From: Utricularia gibba
Lineage: Eukaryota > Plantae > Magnoliophyta
NCBI GenBank assembly: GCA_002189035.1
Contig: NEEC01000010.1
Coordinates: 1,984,001-2,048,000, forward strand
Direction: 5' to 3'
Length of the DNA: 64,000 nt
In this document: positions 40,367 to 52,213 of the stretch, piece by piece
How positions within the stretch are numbered: the first letter of the stretch is position 1
Layout of the letters: every line of letters starts with the position of its first letter
The notes under the pieces: generated by a model
What the model was told of the DNA's origin: nothing
Databases searched by the model: none
Seen by the model: the letters and a program-made list of their open reading frames with translations, nothing else
Made by a program: the position numbers and the translations under genes

Positions 40367-40990
40367 TCATGCTCTTCTTTACCGTGTGAATATACTACAC
40401 TACTACTAATGAATCACAGCGGACAGACACCATTTGTCTTACCCTCCTCCCTTCTAGATTCTATTTGACTTTCCTGGACCTCACAGTCAACGGTCACACG
40501 AGTGGGTTCATCTCACCAATAGATGGCAGCGCGTGGGCCCCACCACCTTCACCAATTTCAAGCAGATGTGATTGGATTCGGCACTATGTTAGAAAGTAGT
40601 TTGTGCTCCTCGTTTGTATTAAATATTTCTAAACGGGAAACATTAAAAATTTAAAATGATGTATATTTTTTATATGGTTTCAATCTTTATCTTGGATAAT
40701 TTATCATATTTTTATATCAGTGTCTTTTTTTCTATTATCAATTATAATTGAAGTTTTGTCGCTTCTAAACACCACATGACCGGCCGACCAACCAGGACGC
40801 TGATTGCGCCTAACACGATTTAGATTAAGTGAGCGCCGGCCGGGTCGGACGCGGCAGACCTCGTGACTCGTTTCACATTGGTATGTCGATTGAAATGGAT
40901 TGTTAAGTATAATAATTCTTTATTATTATTATTAATCTCGTATATTTTATATTGTTTTTTTCGTAGAGTTTTTTGAACAGGACGCTGCTA

Positions 40991-41017
40991 ACCTGGTTCA
41001 CGTCCAGGTGCGTTCAT
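40991..41017. promoter_or_regulatory. Possible SLIM1/EIL-type (UPE-box-like) palindromic site upstream of SULTR1
   Basis: acctgg-ttcacgt-ccaggt inverted arms followed by gcgttcat; only a partial match to the UPE-box consensus. Confidence 0.3.
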
Positions 41018-41604
41018 CCCAGACACGCAGGGAGGTAAATGCCTCGTAATCACTCCCTGAGCTCCGGCACTTTCTGCAATAAGAAAAAATCTCTACATTT
41101 ATTTGCTAGGTGACTGCTGTTTCTTCGGTTTTCTGGGGGATGCAACGGGCAAGAAGATAAATCAATACCTGGTATTGTGAGTCCCGGCTCCGGTTCGTAG
41201 GATTGCGCCTTGAGGGTTCCTTCAATCATCGCTCTGAAGGGCCCCGGTGCCTGCAGTCAAAAGTGCATGTATTTTATTCCGTGTTATGCGGTCCCATTGC
41301 CAAAGACCGGCTCTCCAATCATCTTCTCTGCCTTTTAGCATCTTGATTAGGTTTAGAGGCGTGAACACGAAGCCTATGAGTGTGATGTTTGTGCAGCCAA
41401 CCTGTGGATTAAAATGTGAATGAAAGGTGGATTAGTAGGAATACTTTTCTCACCTGGAAGAGAACTGAGGCAAGCAATATGGATGCTTCCGTTGACCATC
41501 TTTCTTGCTTTAACCTCCTCCATCGCCTCATTCAATTCTTCAACAAAAGTTATTCTACCTTTCAGGTATAAATGTGCATGTGCTGAAGGGCTGTCTCTGC
41601 ACCA

Positions 41605-44601
41605 ATGGCAACCAAGGAAATGGGAGATGAGGGCATTCCGTCTTGTGAGAGTGATCATCGGACACTGCCATACAAAGTTGGTGTTCCTCCAAAGGAGAAG
41701 CTTTGGACTCGGTTTTCCAACGCAGCGAAGGAGACTTTCTTCCCGGATGACCCTCTCCGGCCGTTCAAGGATAAGTCGAGGCCTCGGCAGTTCCTTCTTG
41801 CGGTGGAGGCTTTCTTTCCGATTCTGGGGTGGATCAGAAGTTACAACTTGCAGAAGTTCAGAGGAGACATCATTGCAGGGATTACTATTGCCAGCCTATG
41901 CATTCCTCAGGTATAGTTCTTTTGCTGAATCCTCATGACCCGGTGGTCTCATTCCCCTTGGCTTTCTTCGATGGATCAGGATATCGGATACAGCAAGCTG
42001 GTGCACTTGCCACCACAGTTTGGTTTATGTAAGTGAAGCTTCACAGATCTCCTTTCACTTACCGTTAAGATGGATGAGTAGGAGCTTGTGTCTCTGAGCA
42101 TACTCTATTTATGACTGTATTCATCAGATACTAGCTTCGTCCCACCGTTGGTCTACGCGTGCATGGGCAGCTCAAGGCACATAGCCATAGGGCCAGTATC
42201 TGTAGTATCCCTCCTGATGGGGAGTTTGCTCCAGAGTGAGATTGATCCTGTTAAGAATCCAGTGGACTATAGAAGACTAGCATTTACGGCAACGTTTTTC
42301 GCCGGTATAACACAGGCTGGCCTTGGCATGCTCAGGTAACAAACATTCCTGTTATTTCATCGAAAACTCTAGCAGCGGATGATTGCAACTCAGAGCTAGT
42401 ACTTTTGCCTCTCTACAGGCTGGGATTCTTGATTGATTTCTTGTCCCATGCTGCTGTTGTTGGTTTCATGGGTGGCGCTGCCATCACCATATCACTCCAA
42501 CAGCTAAGGGGTTTCTTAGGAATTCAGAAATTCACCCAAAACACTGATGCAGTCTCCGTTATGCACTCAGTCTTCGGCTCAGCTCACCATGGGGTTAGTA
42601 TCCTCTTCACTTTCTCTCTTCAATACCTGCTCGCTTACTGACAGAAGGACTGGGACTGAGCATTTTTCAGTGGAACTGGCCCACGATAGCCATCGGAAGT
42701 GCATTTCTTGTGCTTCTTCTAGTTGCTAAGTACATCGTAAGTGATAGTAATCCACAAGCTGCATCTGTGCTCATCATACAGAAAATCTTTCCATATTCCT
42801 TATCATATAACGTGATGTATAGGGAAAAAGGAACAAGAGGTTCTTTTGGGTACCTGCAATTGCTCCACTTATCTCTATTGTTCTGTCAATACTCCTTGTT
42901 TATGTTACCCGGGCCGATAAAGCAGGAGTACAAATTGTAAGACCACTTTCCATTTGTCGTCTGCCGCCCCTGAACTACACTCCATATGAATTCCTAATAT
43001 CTGGCAACCAAACTTTTCTTGTATTAATGCAACCAGGTGAGGCATATACAGAGGGGGTCAATCCACCATCATTAAGAGAGATATATTTCACTGGTGAATA
43101 TGTCTTGAAAGGGTTTAGGATAGGCGTAGTGGCTGGCATCATTGGACTAACGGTCAGCTGCTACATAAAGTAACTCTGCTGTATTTTTCCACTGGGAGGA
43201 ATGACAACTGATACTGAATTGGTTTTACCTGCAGGAAGCTGTGGCCATAGGAAGAACATTTGCTGCGATGAATGACTATCAAATTGATGGAAACAAGGAA
43301 ATGGTGGCTCTAGGAACAATGAATATTGTCGGTTCATTCACATCGTGCTATGTAGCAACAGGTCTGCCTGCAATGTTCACTCACATTATCTGCCTTCTAG
43401 AGAAGATCTAGAGATTAATCTTCTCTTGCTGAGATTACTTGCAGGGTCCTTCTCTCGTTCATCAGTAAATTATATGGCTGGATGCCAAACTCCCGTATCC
43501 AACATCATTATGGCCACCATGGTCTTCCTGGCTCTACAGTTCATCACACCACTTTTCTATTACATCCCAAATGCAATCCTAGCTTCCATCATCATCTCTG
43601 CTGTGATCGGCCTGATTGACTACCATGCAGCAATTCTAATCTGGAAGATCGACAAAATAGACTTTGTTGCTTGTATGGGAGCCTTCTTTGGTGTTATTTT
43701 CACCTCTGTTGAAACTGGCCTCTTGATTGCTGTAAACACTCATCCCATATAACCTTTCTTCACCTCAAACCTCCACATAATGAGCCAATACTAACCAGTC
43801 TCTCCCTCAACAGGTTTCTATATCATTTGCTAAACTGCTGCTACAAGTAACCAGACCAAGGACAGCCCTTCTTGGAAAGATTCCACAAACAAGAGTTTAC
43901 CGGAATCTGCAGCAGTATCCGGAGGCGAATAAGGTCCCTGGAGTGCTTATCATCCGAGTGGACTCGGCGATTTGCTTCTCGAACTCAAACTACGTCAAGG
44001 ATAGGTGACTTTCTCTTCCTTTTTGAACCTCTCTGCATACACTAGACTCAAAAATACCAGAATCGCAAGTGCTGCATTCTGATGTCTGTCTATCTGAGCA
44101 ACACTTGAACTCCGCCGATTGTCTACAGGATCTTGAGATGGCTGACAGACGAACAAGAGAGTCTCGCATCATCTGGATATCTTCCAATCCAATTCCTGAT
44201 ACTAGAAATGTCTCGTACGTAAATTTCCCCGAAACGGATCCCAATTTTCAATTTCAAACGGTAACCCTATACGTCTGAATGTCCGATTGATTACCTTCTC
44301 CACAGCTGTGACCGACATCGACACAAGCGGAATCCATGGCATGGAAGATCTCCACCGTGCTCTCCAGAAGAAGAATGTTCAGGTAGCAGTCGAAACCTTC
44401 TCCATCGAATAAGAAACTTAACTCCGAAAATTGAGCAACCTAGCGTATTTTCTTCAGTTGGTACTCGCGAATCCGGGCCCGGTTGTAATCAACAAACTGC
44501 ATGCGTCCAATCTCGCAAACGTCATCGGCCAGGAGAAGATTTTTCTCACGGTGGACGACGCCGTACAGTGGTGCTCGCCGAAGTTCGCTGCGAATGTCTA
44601 A
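41605..44601 (+). CDS. SULTR1: High-affinity sulfate transporter, group 1 (SULTR1;2/1;3-like), multi-exon, with STAS domain
   Basis: KETFFPDDPLRPFK; GDIIAGITIASLCIPQ|DIGY; MGSSRHIAIGPVSVVSLL; DFLSHAAVVGFMGGAAITI; DGNKEMVALG; STAS IRVDSAICFSNSNYV; stop 44599-44601. Confidence 0.95.
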
Positions 44602-45165
44602 AAATTATCGGAGAGGGAAGCTGAAGGCCTCGCCTACGCGTGGAGCCTGGGGTCCTGGTTCGGCGTTAACCATTCTCCGGGGACGGAACAGTAGCAATAA
44701 AACAAAGAAAAGCTAAAAGAAACAGAAAGAATAGGAGTCTTCTTGTAGCCGTACAATCTTCCCCTGGTGTTGCGCATGTAGTTTACAGTCTAGCGGCTGA
44801 GATTCTGTTTTCTCCAGATCCCAAATGCTTCATTTCAAGTGTATCTTCAATAGCCAGACGGATAGCCGTGGTAAAAGTATTGTGATAACTCAACCACCTC
44901 GCACTCTCCGGTCCCCTGGTTCGGCGGCGACAGCGCGGGTTTTCTCCGGCGATCTTCTCGGTGCTCCCTACATAAATATGACATTTTCGAGGCCTCAAGC
45001 AATTACGAAAGTTAATATTCATTTGCTCAACAAGAATGGTAATTATACAAATGAACGTGACTCTGTAAATGCCGGAGTTTCGTCGGCTTCAGCTTCTGAA
45101 ACCCGCTCGAAGATTATCCGGCGAGTCACCGGAGAACTTAAAAAGGCTTGCATACATAGACTACA

Positions 45166-47517
45166 TCAACCCACGGACCTCACTGGGGTTCCGCCGAACA
45201 TCCATATTGCAGCACAGAAGACTCCTAGGAGAGACACTAGGAGCAAAAGACAACTAGTTCTACCTTTGCCTGTACTTGGCAACACATTATTACCTGATAC
45301 AACATTCATATATCTGGTGTTCAATCTCAACCCACTAAAACTGGACATTCGCTCTAGTGCCCGATTCACAAATGCGCGTTCGGAGGCCGAAGCAGGAGTG
45401 GTAGGTATAGACTCCATATATGACCAGAGAGCAGAAGAGAACCACGAGTCGTTACCGTCATCTTCTTGATTGATTCCATTTTCACCGGCTCCGGCGGTGG
45501 CGCGGAGGTTTACATGATCAAAGCTTTGATTATCATGGGGGAAACCTACGGAGGGGAAAACTCAAACAACATTAGCAGCTAAACTAGGATGGCAAGCCAT
45601 TACAGCACGAGCTCCTTAGGCTCAAACTCCCCCATTTCTACTAGGGCTCAAGAGTTTTCGCCACCTTGAAGATGACATGGTGGCCTTGCCATACCATCCC
45701 ATCTGATCAAGATCTCATTGTGTCAGTCAACAAAATGAAGAAGCAGCTGCAGTGCAGTGAATGAAGGTATTCCTTTCATATCTAAAAACACAAAATGGTA
45801 TCGCAGTTGGAGTACCTGGATTCGACAAAAGGGCGATTTCCTGGTCAGATTCCGCAGCGTGGATGCTGCAACTCAGCCCATCCGTGTAGCTAAATTCAGT
45901 CACATTTGTAGGATGTTGCTGCATTTGATGAGCTGCGCTTGACACTGTGCTCATCGTCCCGATATCGTAGCCAAAGGAACTAGAATAACCTTGGGCCATC
46001 TGCCCTGATTCACTGATTCCTCCATCACAAAGGATCGACGACGCATCTTGGAAATCATACTCATTTAAGCCATCTAGTTCATCCAGCAGCAGCTCCCCGT
46101 AGGGTTGAACGGGGTATTGGGTAGCTGGACAGGGGCATAGCAGATCATCCATCTCTAGGAAATCTTTATCTCCAAAGATTTCCTCCTCAGTGAGACCGGT
46201 ATCTAAAACACTAAGAGCAGGAGTGGAAGAGAATTCAGGCGTTTCGGGTAAATGCAACAGAGTCATGTCTGTCTGGTTGAAGTTACTGGCTGGCTCATCA
46301 ATTCTCTGAATAAAAGTGTGGGGAACCGGTGGTAGCACGTCCCTAGCAGCATGTTCAACCAAGTTAGTCTCGGTTCCCTGCTCAGCAACAAGCTGGCCAT
46401 ATGTGATGGGTTCATCTTCGATCTGATTCATGAATTCCCTGAGATCATCTAGAGAGGACAAATATTGACCATTTTTGGGCATGATTTCCTTGATAGGCAT
46501 GGTGTCATCAGCACTCTTCGTTACAGGATTCTCCCCAACAATGAAAGGGTGAACCTCTAGATCTTCTTTATCCCAATCTTCTTCCCGGAAAGGAGCACCA
46601 TATTGTTCACCATTTTTGGGACCGGGGCCACTTTTCTTGAACACCTTGTACAATGCATAGTATTCCTTGGCCGTTGCACATCTTTTGAGCTCCTCTTCAT
46701 CCAAGGTGTACTCATGCATAACCCAGTCAGTGCGGTCTCCTCTTGGCGCACGGCCTCTGTAGAATACCAGCGTCTTCTTTATCCCAGCAGCACGAGAACC
46801 ACATGAGATGATTCTGTCTTTCCCCGTAGCTTTCCAGTATCCATGACCTGTTGCCCGATTCGACCTTGCTCCATTTGGGTACTTCCTATCTCTAGGACTG
46901 AAAAAGAACCACTGTCTGTCCCCAGTTCGAAGCTTTGACATCGCTGCAAGAAATAAGATGAAAGCATGGTAAGCAACATACCCAATCGGTGCAGTTCAAC
47001 CAAATCAAACAAGACGAAACCACCAAATAATTTTGTAAGACAGCCAGATCCTTCACAGATTAACAAAGTCTTGAAGCAACAAGTACAAAGCGAACGGGGT
47101 TGGGCGTCTTCTAATCATGTCTTATTATTGATGGCGAACCTCAAACCAAAAGAACAAGCGTAGATCAAATTTTCCAACTTCGGAACACAGAACTAGGAAT
47201 TTCCAAGTGTCCGATCAGGTGACCAGAGAAAGATAACCAAACACATACAGAACAACACTTAAAACATAAAAAAATCCATGAAAAACAGGGATCAGAAGGC
47301 ACAAGTCAACGCGAACAGAATCGAAAGAAAACCCACCAGGCAATTCTTCAGGATCACACTTATACACATCAGTCTCGCCGATCACATCCGTAAGGTGGCG
47401 TTTACGGCAGATCTTCCTCTTCAGGTAGTACCCCACGAGTTCCTCATCCGTAGGATGGAATCTGAACCCTGGAGGGAAAACTCTTTCATTATCCATGGAA
47501 TCGGAATCCAATCCCAT
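45166..47517 (-). CDS. NAC017: Membrane-tethered NAC transcription factor (ANAC016/ANAC017 type), 3 coding exons
   Basis: [15 protein letters not shown]; [21 protein letters not shown]; [10 protein letters not shown]; DWVMHEY; [14 protein letters not shown]. The last exon (about 45547-45166) gives [22 protein letters not shown]...[11 protein letters not shown] and a TM helix [19 protein letters not shown]. Confidence 0.9.
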
Positions 47518-47829
47518 CTGAAAATCATAAAAAGTGAATCAAAAAATGGAAACTCAAATGACGAGAACTGGGGACTGTGTGGACAAAAGGAGAAGAATCG
47601 TGGGGAGGAAGGTTCTCGGAACCAGAGAGTGTATAAAGCGGAAATTTATCCGAAAATAAGGAGTGATATCCTACTTGCGCCTCCATCGCACTACCAAAGG
47701 CATCACTCTACTGTACAGTTGTTGGGAGCTCTTGATTCGTCGCAACAAATTACTATGTGTAGTCAGTGTTTTTGTCGTGTGGAATTCAACGTACTCAAAA
47801 ATTATAGTTTTAAAATGAGATTCAACCTA

Positions 47830-49860
47830 TAATTCCATTTAACCATAGTTTTGACTTAAATTCTCTTCGCAACTGTTGAATCAAAATTAAATCGCTGTGC
47901 AAATATTACAAAAAATAAAAACAATTATATTAAATTAAAAAATATTTTTTTTATAAAAAATCATTAAATTAAACCTAAAAAATCATAGCTTATCGCTTTT
48001 TATCTCAAAATGAAGGAGTATACTGGTGATATATTATTTATATCTATATTAATTTTAAATATATTATGTAATATAATAAATAAATTAATAATTATTTCAT
48101 TCAATTATAAACATAAACTTTAAAATATTTTGACATTTATTAAGATGACATTAATAAATTGGAATTACTAATGTTTGACAATTGCATCGCAAACAACATA
48201 TTTTTTCTTAAAAATTAAATTTGCCCCATTTTAATATAATATATAAACCATTTTTTTTTGAATTTATTTGGAGTGAGACGCCGCCTCCTTTGACTGATCA
48301 ACAACGCCCATGCTGCACCACTAGAAGGAGGGTCCACCCGTCCGGTGGTTTTTCTCTAAATAAAACTAATTCATAGAAATGTGGCCTAAATTTGGAAACT
48401 GTGTGAAAATAATTAGATTTGCAAAATAACGTAATTCAATTTACAAAAACAAATCAAATTACGTATCATCATACGAAAACCGGGTCTATTAGAAAAATGA
48501 CCATCCAACATCAATTGTATCTTAGTCATCCTCAATTAAAAAATTTTACTTAAATATGTGAGAGAGAAGAGAAAAATGACTATATTTGTCAATAATACTA
48601 CGAAAACCATGTTTAAAAATTTGTATCTAAATGAAAGTATCAAAAATCACCTAAGCACATATTTCATCTGCGTATGATTTCATACCCTAAATTCTGAATC
48701 CAAATCCTAAAATTCAAACCATAATAGTAAGTGATTTCTATCTTAATTCAATAATATAAATTTACATCTTCAAAGATGCATTATGAAATTTGTATCACAA
48801 TACAAGGATAAATTTAAATAACATGTTATTCAATCATAATTTATAACTTCTATACTATGTAATTTTTTCAAGAATTCTCAATTTTATAATTTATTTATTA
48901 TATGGGCATGACAGAATTTCATCGAGTGCGGTTTAAGGTTTTATATCCTAAACTTTTAAATCACAAATAATAAAAGTTTATATGTCACTCAATGATATTA
49001 AAGAAATATGGTTAAGTTTGTTCATTGGATGCATGATGTAAAGTATCTGTTATACATAAGATAATTTTATATTTTTTTATAATTATATTTATTTCATAAT
49101 ATTCAAATAAATGAAAAAATTGCAAAAATAACGTTTCACATTTTGATCAATATAAAATTTTCAAGTTTTAAAATTGAAAAAAAGCATCTTAAATTATCAA
49201 AACAGTACAATGAAAATCAAATATTTTTTAAAATTTTTTAAAAATAAATCGATTCATTATGTTGTGAATCAACTTTGGTTTCAAACTTAACAAAATTTTT
49301 CGTATTAACATTTCAAGTTCGACGAATCGAATGACATCCCTTTTAGGGTTACATTGCTTTTGAATATTGTGATACATTATTATAATAGTATTAGGATTAA
49401 GACCGGTTAATTTTGATAATATGAGGAATTAAATATACAATTTCATAAATTTGGAAGTAAATTGTTTACAAAAAAACAATTTAAAAGATTTATGATATAA
49501 TTTTAAAATTTGAGAATCAAACTTTTTATATTGACTATAATTTGAAGAGGCATCAATAAACTCCATCCTCAAATAAACTTGAGAATTAAACTCATTTTAG
49601 AGTTAATCCACGGGATAAGGTGTCCATATATCTTACAAATATCATTTAAAAACTTAGTTACTTTGTAAATATCAAACCAAACCTAGTTATTTTCCTTAGG
49701 CATTTACCCAATTCACTTCCCTCGTTGCCTTTCCAGTAACATAATTACATTACCCACTTAGAAAAACTCAAACCTTAATGTTATCCTGTCAAATGCCTCG
49801 TGTACAGTGGTTGAGGGATTCAAAGCCGGACCCATTAACAATTAAATCAAAACACGCACT
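47830..49860. other. Highly AT-rich ORF-free intergenic block, possibly a degenerate transposon remnant
   Basis: No ORF >=60 aa in the track; strongly AT-biased; small GC island at 48270-48350. Confidence 0.45.
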
Positions 49861-50047
49861 TCACGCGTTTTGGGGGGTTGGGTGATGGTATGTTCGAGCC
49901 CATGTCGGACAGGGGAATGTGCGAGGGGGAGGACGGGGTACGGAGGTTTCTCCTGTTTCAACATTGCAGACTCGTTGAACGCCGGTAGCTGTTCTTCATT
50001 CAGACCTTTCGATCAAGACGATCGAATTCATCAACTGTCCCGTTGAT

Positions 50048-51703
50048 ATGCTGAGGAGTATCCAGAAGTTGATCGCGCTATCACCTTCCCCTGTGGAAGT
50101 GATCTTGAAATGGGAAAAGCCGGGCTCTTCTCCTCTCCTTCTTTTCGATGCCGGCCAGAAAGTAGTTTCCCAGTACTTGCAAGCTTTCGATGTCCTCCGC
50201 CAATCTCCCACCGACCACGATAAACTTATCTCCGATGCCCTGAAGAGGCTCAGCCGGGAGTTCGATGCTGTTTTGAAAAGATTGACTCAGCTCCAGGCTG
50301 GTGCTGCTTCAACTCTCCCTACTTCCACTACGGAGTCAAGTTCGGTGACCGATAGCACAGGAATCCCGTCCAGGTTTGAGGATTATGCTAAAGCTATTTT
50401 AGAGATACAGGGCGATGTTTTGATTGATTATTTACGCAGCGTAGCACTAAGAATGAGCTCCATGGATAAGATTGTGAAATATTATACAGAAAATAGAAGA
50501 TCTTTCCTAAAGAAGCATCTCAAAAGATTTGGTTTCGAAGAAATTCTAGTGTATGAGGGTGTTTCTTGGGATGCACTGCAGCCAAAAATGGGGATATGGG
50601 GTGACCTTTCCAGGATACTTGTTTGCTTGATTCAATATGAGAAGCAGCTATGCGAGAAAATCTTCGGAGATCATGCTGTGAGGGATAAATGTTTTATACA
50701 AACTGTTGGAAATATTGCTGTTAAACTCATTCGTTTTGCAAGAGGAATGGGCTTTCAGAAGAAGCAGCCTTATCATGGAATGGAGAGAGTTTTGGACTTG
50801 TACAGTTGTTTCATCTGGTTTAAGGCAGAGGCTGATGCCCTTTTCGTCTCAAAAACTGGAGAAACGATCAGAAAGTTATGCCAAGAAACCTTATTCAATA
50901 TTAAGAAGGAGATGGAAACCATGCTTCGTGATCTCAGAAAGGATGTTGCAGATGAACATTACGAAGTTCCTGATAATAGTTGTGAGGCTCTGCTACTAAC
51001 ACGCGAAGTGATGCACCAAGTAAGTCTCATAGCTAGAAATGGTAACCAGCTTGCAAGCTTAACCATAAAGGCTCCTCCTTCGAATGTGGATGGCTTGATT
51101 ATCCACCACGATGATATGCATGACAGAAACCCCCTGGATATGCACTTTATCTTCATCGTTGCAGTTCTGCATCTCAAGCTGAGCAGGAAATCTAAAAGTT
51201 ACAATAATCAGTCATCAAGGCTGTTATTCATGATGAATAACACACATTTTATGATCAGATCCATCGAAGGATCAAATAAGTTGCAAGAGAGTATTGGCTC
51301 TGAAACTCTCCGCAGGTTGAAAGAGGATTTGGATCTCAAGGCATCAAGTTACTTAGCATCTACTTGCAAGGAGCTGGTGAATTGTTTTGATGAGAAAGGG
51401 CTCCGTCGTCGAGAATGGTTCAAATCCTGGTACCATAAAGCCGCAGCCAAGAGGATTCAGGCTTTCAATTCTGCTTTGGAGACAATGCAGAGTAGTCTTC
51501 ATCCCCTTGGGATGATTAAGGATTCGGAACTCAGGACCAGAGTTTGTGACGTCTTGCATGCTACTGTGTCTCCAGCCTACATAAAATTTCTGGACAAGCT
51601 TGAGAAAAACCAGGAACTGGGGCTCGTTCTGCAACAGAATGCAAAATATCCTCCAGAAAACCTTCGCCATGTCTTATATGAGAAATCGTCTGTTCATGCT
51701 TGA
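50048..51703 (+). CDS. EXO70: Exocyst subunit Exo70, intronless, strongly diverged (closest remembered motifs are EXO70D-like)
   Basis: 551-aa ORF; VILKW..LLF, YEKQLCEKIF, LLLTREVMHQVSLI, PLDMHFIFIVAVLHLKLSRKSKSY, LFMMNNTHFM, IQAFNSALE, ELRTRV. Confidence 0.85.
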   Translation: MLRSIQKLIALSPSPVEVILKWEKPGSSPLLLFDAGQKVVSQYLQAFDVLRQSPTDHDKLISDALKRLSREFDAVLKRLTQLQAGAASTLPTSTTESSSVTDSTGIPSRFEDYAKAILEIQGDVLIDYLRSVALRMSSMDKIVKYYTENRRSFLKKHLKRFGFEEILVYEGVSWDALQPKMGIWGDLSRILVCLIQYEKQLCEKIFGDHAVRDKCFIQTVGNIAVKLIRFARGMGFQKKQPYHGMERVLDLYSCFIWFKAEADALFVSKTGETIRKLCQETLFNIKKEMETMLRDLRKDVADEHYEVPDNSCEALLLTREVMHQVSLIARNGNQLASLTIKAPPSNVDGLIIHHDDMHDRNPLDMHFIFIVAVLHLKLSRKSKSYNNQSSRLLFMMNNTHFMIRSIEGSNKLQESIGSETLRRLKEDLDLKASSYLASTCKELVNCFDEKGLRRREWFKSWYHKAAAKRIQAFNSALETMQSSLHPLGMIKDSELRTRVCDVLHATVSPAYIKFLDKLEKNQELGLVLQQNAKYPPENLRHVLYEKSSVHA

Positions 51704-52213
51704 ATTTATTGTTCCATACACATGTATATTTTTTCAATCTGCTAGTTACAGAAGCTGAATGAAATGTGAGGGAACACACTGTAATCTCATCAGTCATCAC
51801 CATGTATTCTTAATTGGACATTCATTAGATAAAGGCATTTACTTTACATGTCTTTCTAAATGTTCAAGCTATACCAGCAACTGTACAAGATGAACTATCA
51901 AGGAATGATCAATGGTAATTGATCTGTTTGCCTGGTTTTTCTTGTACTGTTCTCCCTTGAACCTTCTGCTCCTGTCAATACAAAAAATGCATTCCTACAG
52001 GTCCATGATTGGTTTTCTGTGGGGTCATCCGTTGACTACTTCATTGAGGTATGAAACTTCCTTGGGGTTTCCTCTTCCTACAGAGTAAAGAGCTCCTCCG
52101 CAAATGATTTGCATTTGATGTTTTTTTTTCTTTCTTTCAGATATTTGTCGCAATTTTTTTAGCGATCCATCATCTTCGCCAGATCCATCCAAAAACTGAG
52201 ATTTCAGTCATCC

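Noticed and set aside
45166-45417. 83-aa ORF with a TM helix as a stand-alone small membrane protein gene
   Set aside because: It is the last exon of the NAC017-like gene: a phase-compatible acceptor lies at about 45547, and the [15 protein letters not shown] motifs are typical of that clade.
44825-45469. 214-aa plus-strand ORF
   Set aside because: It is largely antisense to the NAC017 last exon and 3'UTR and has no recognisable motif; probably a shadow ORF.
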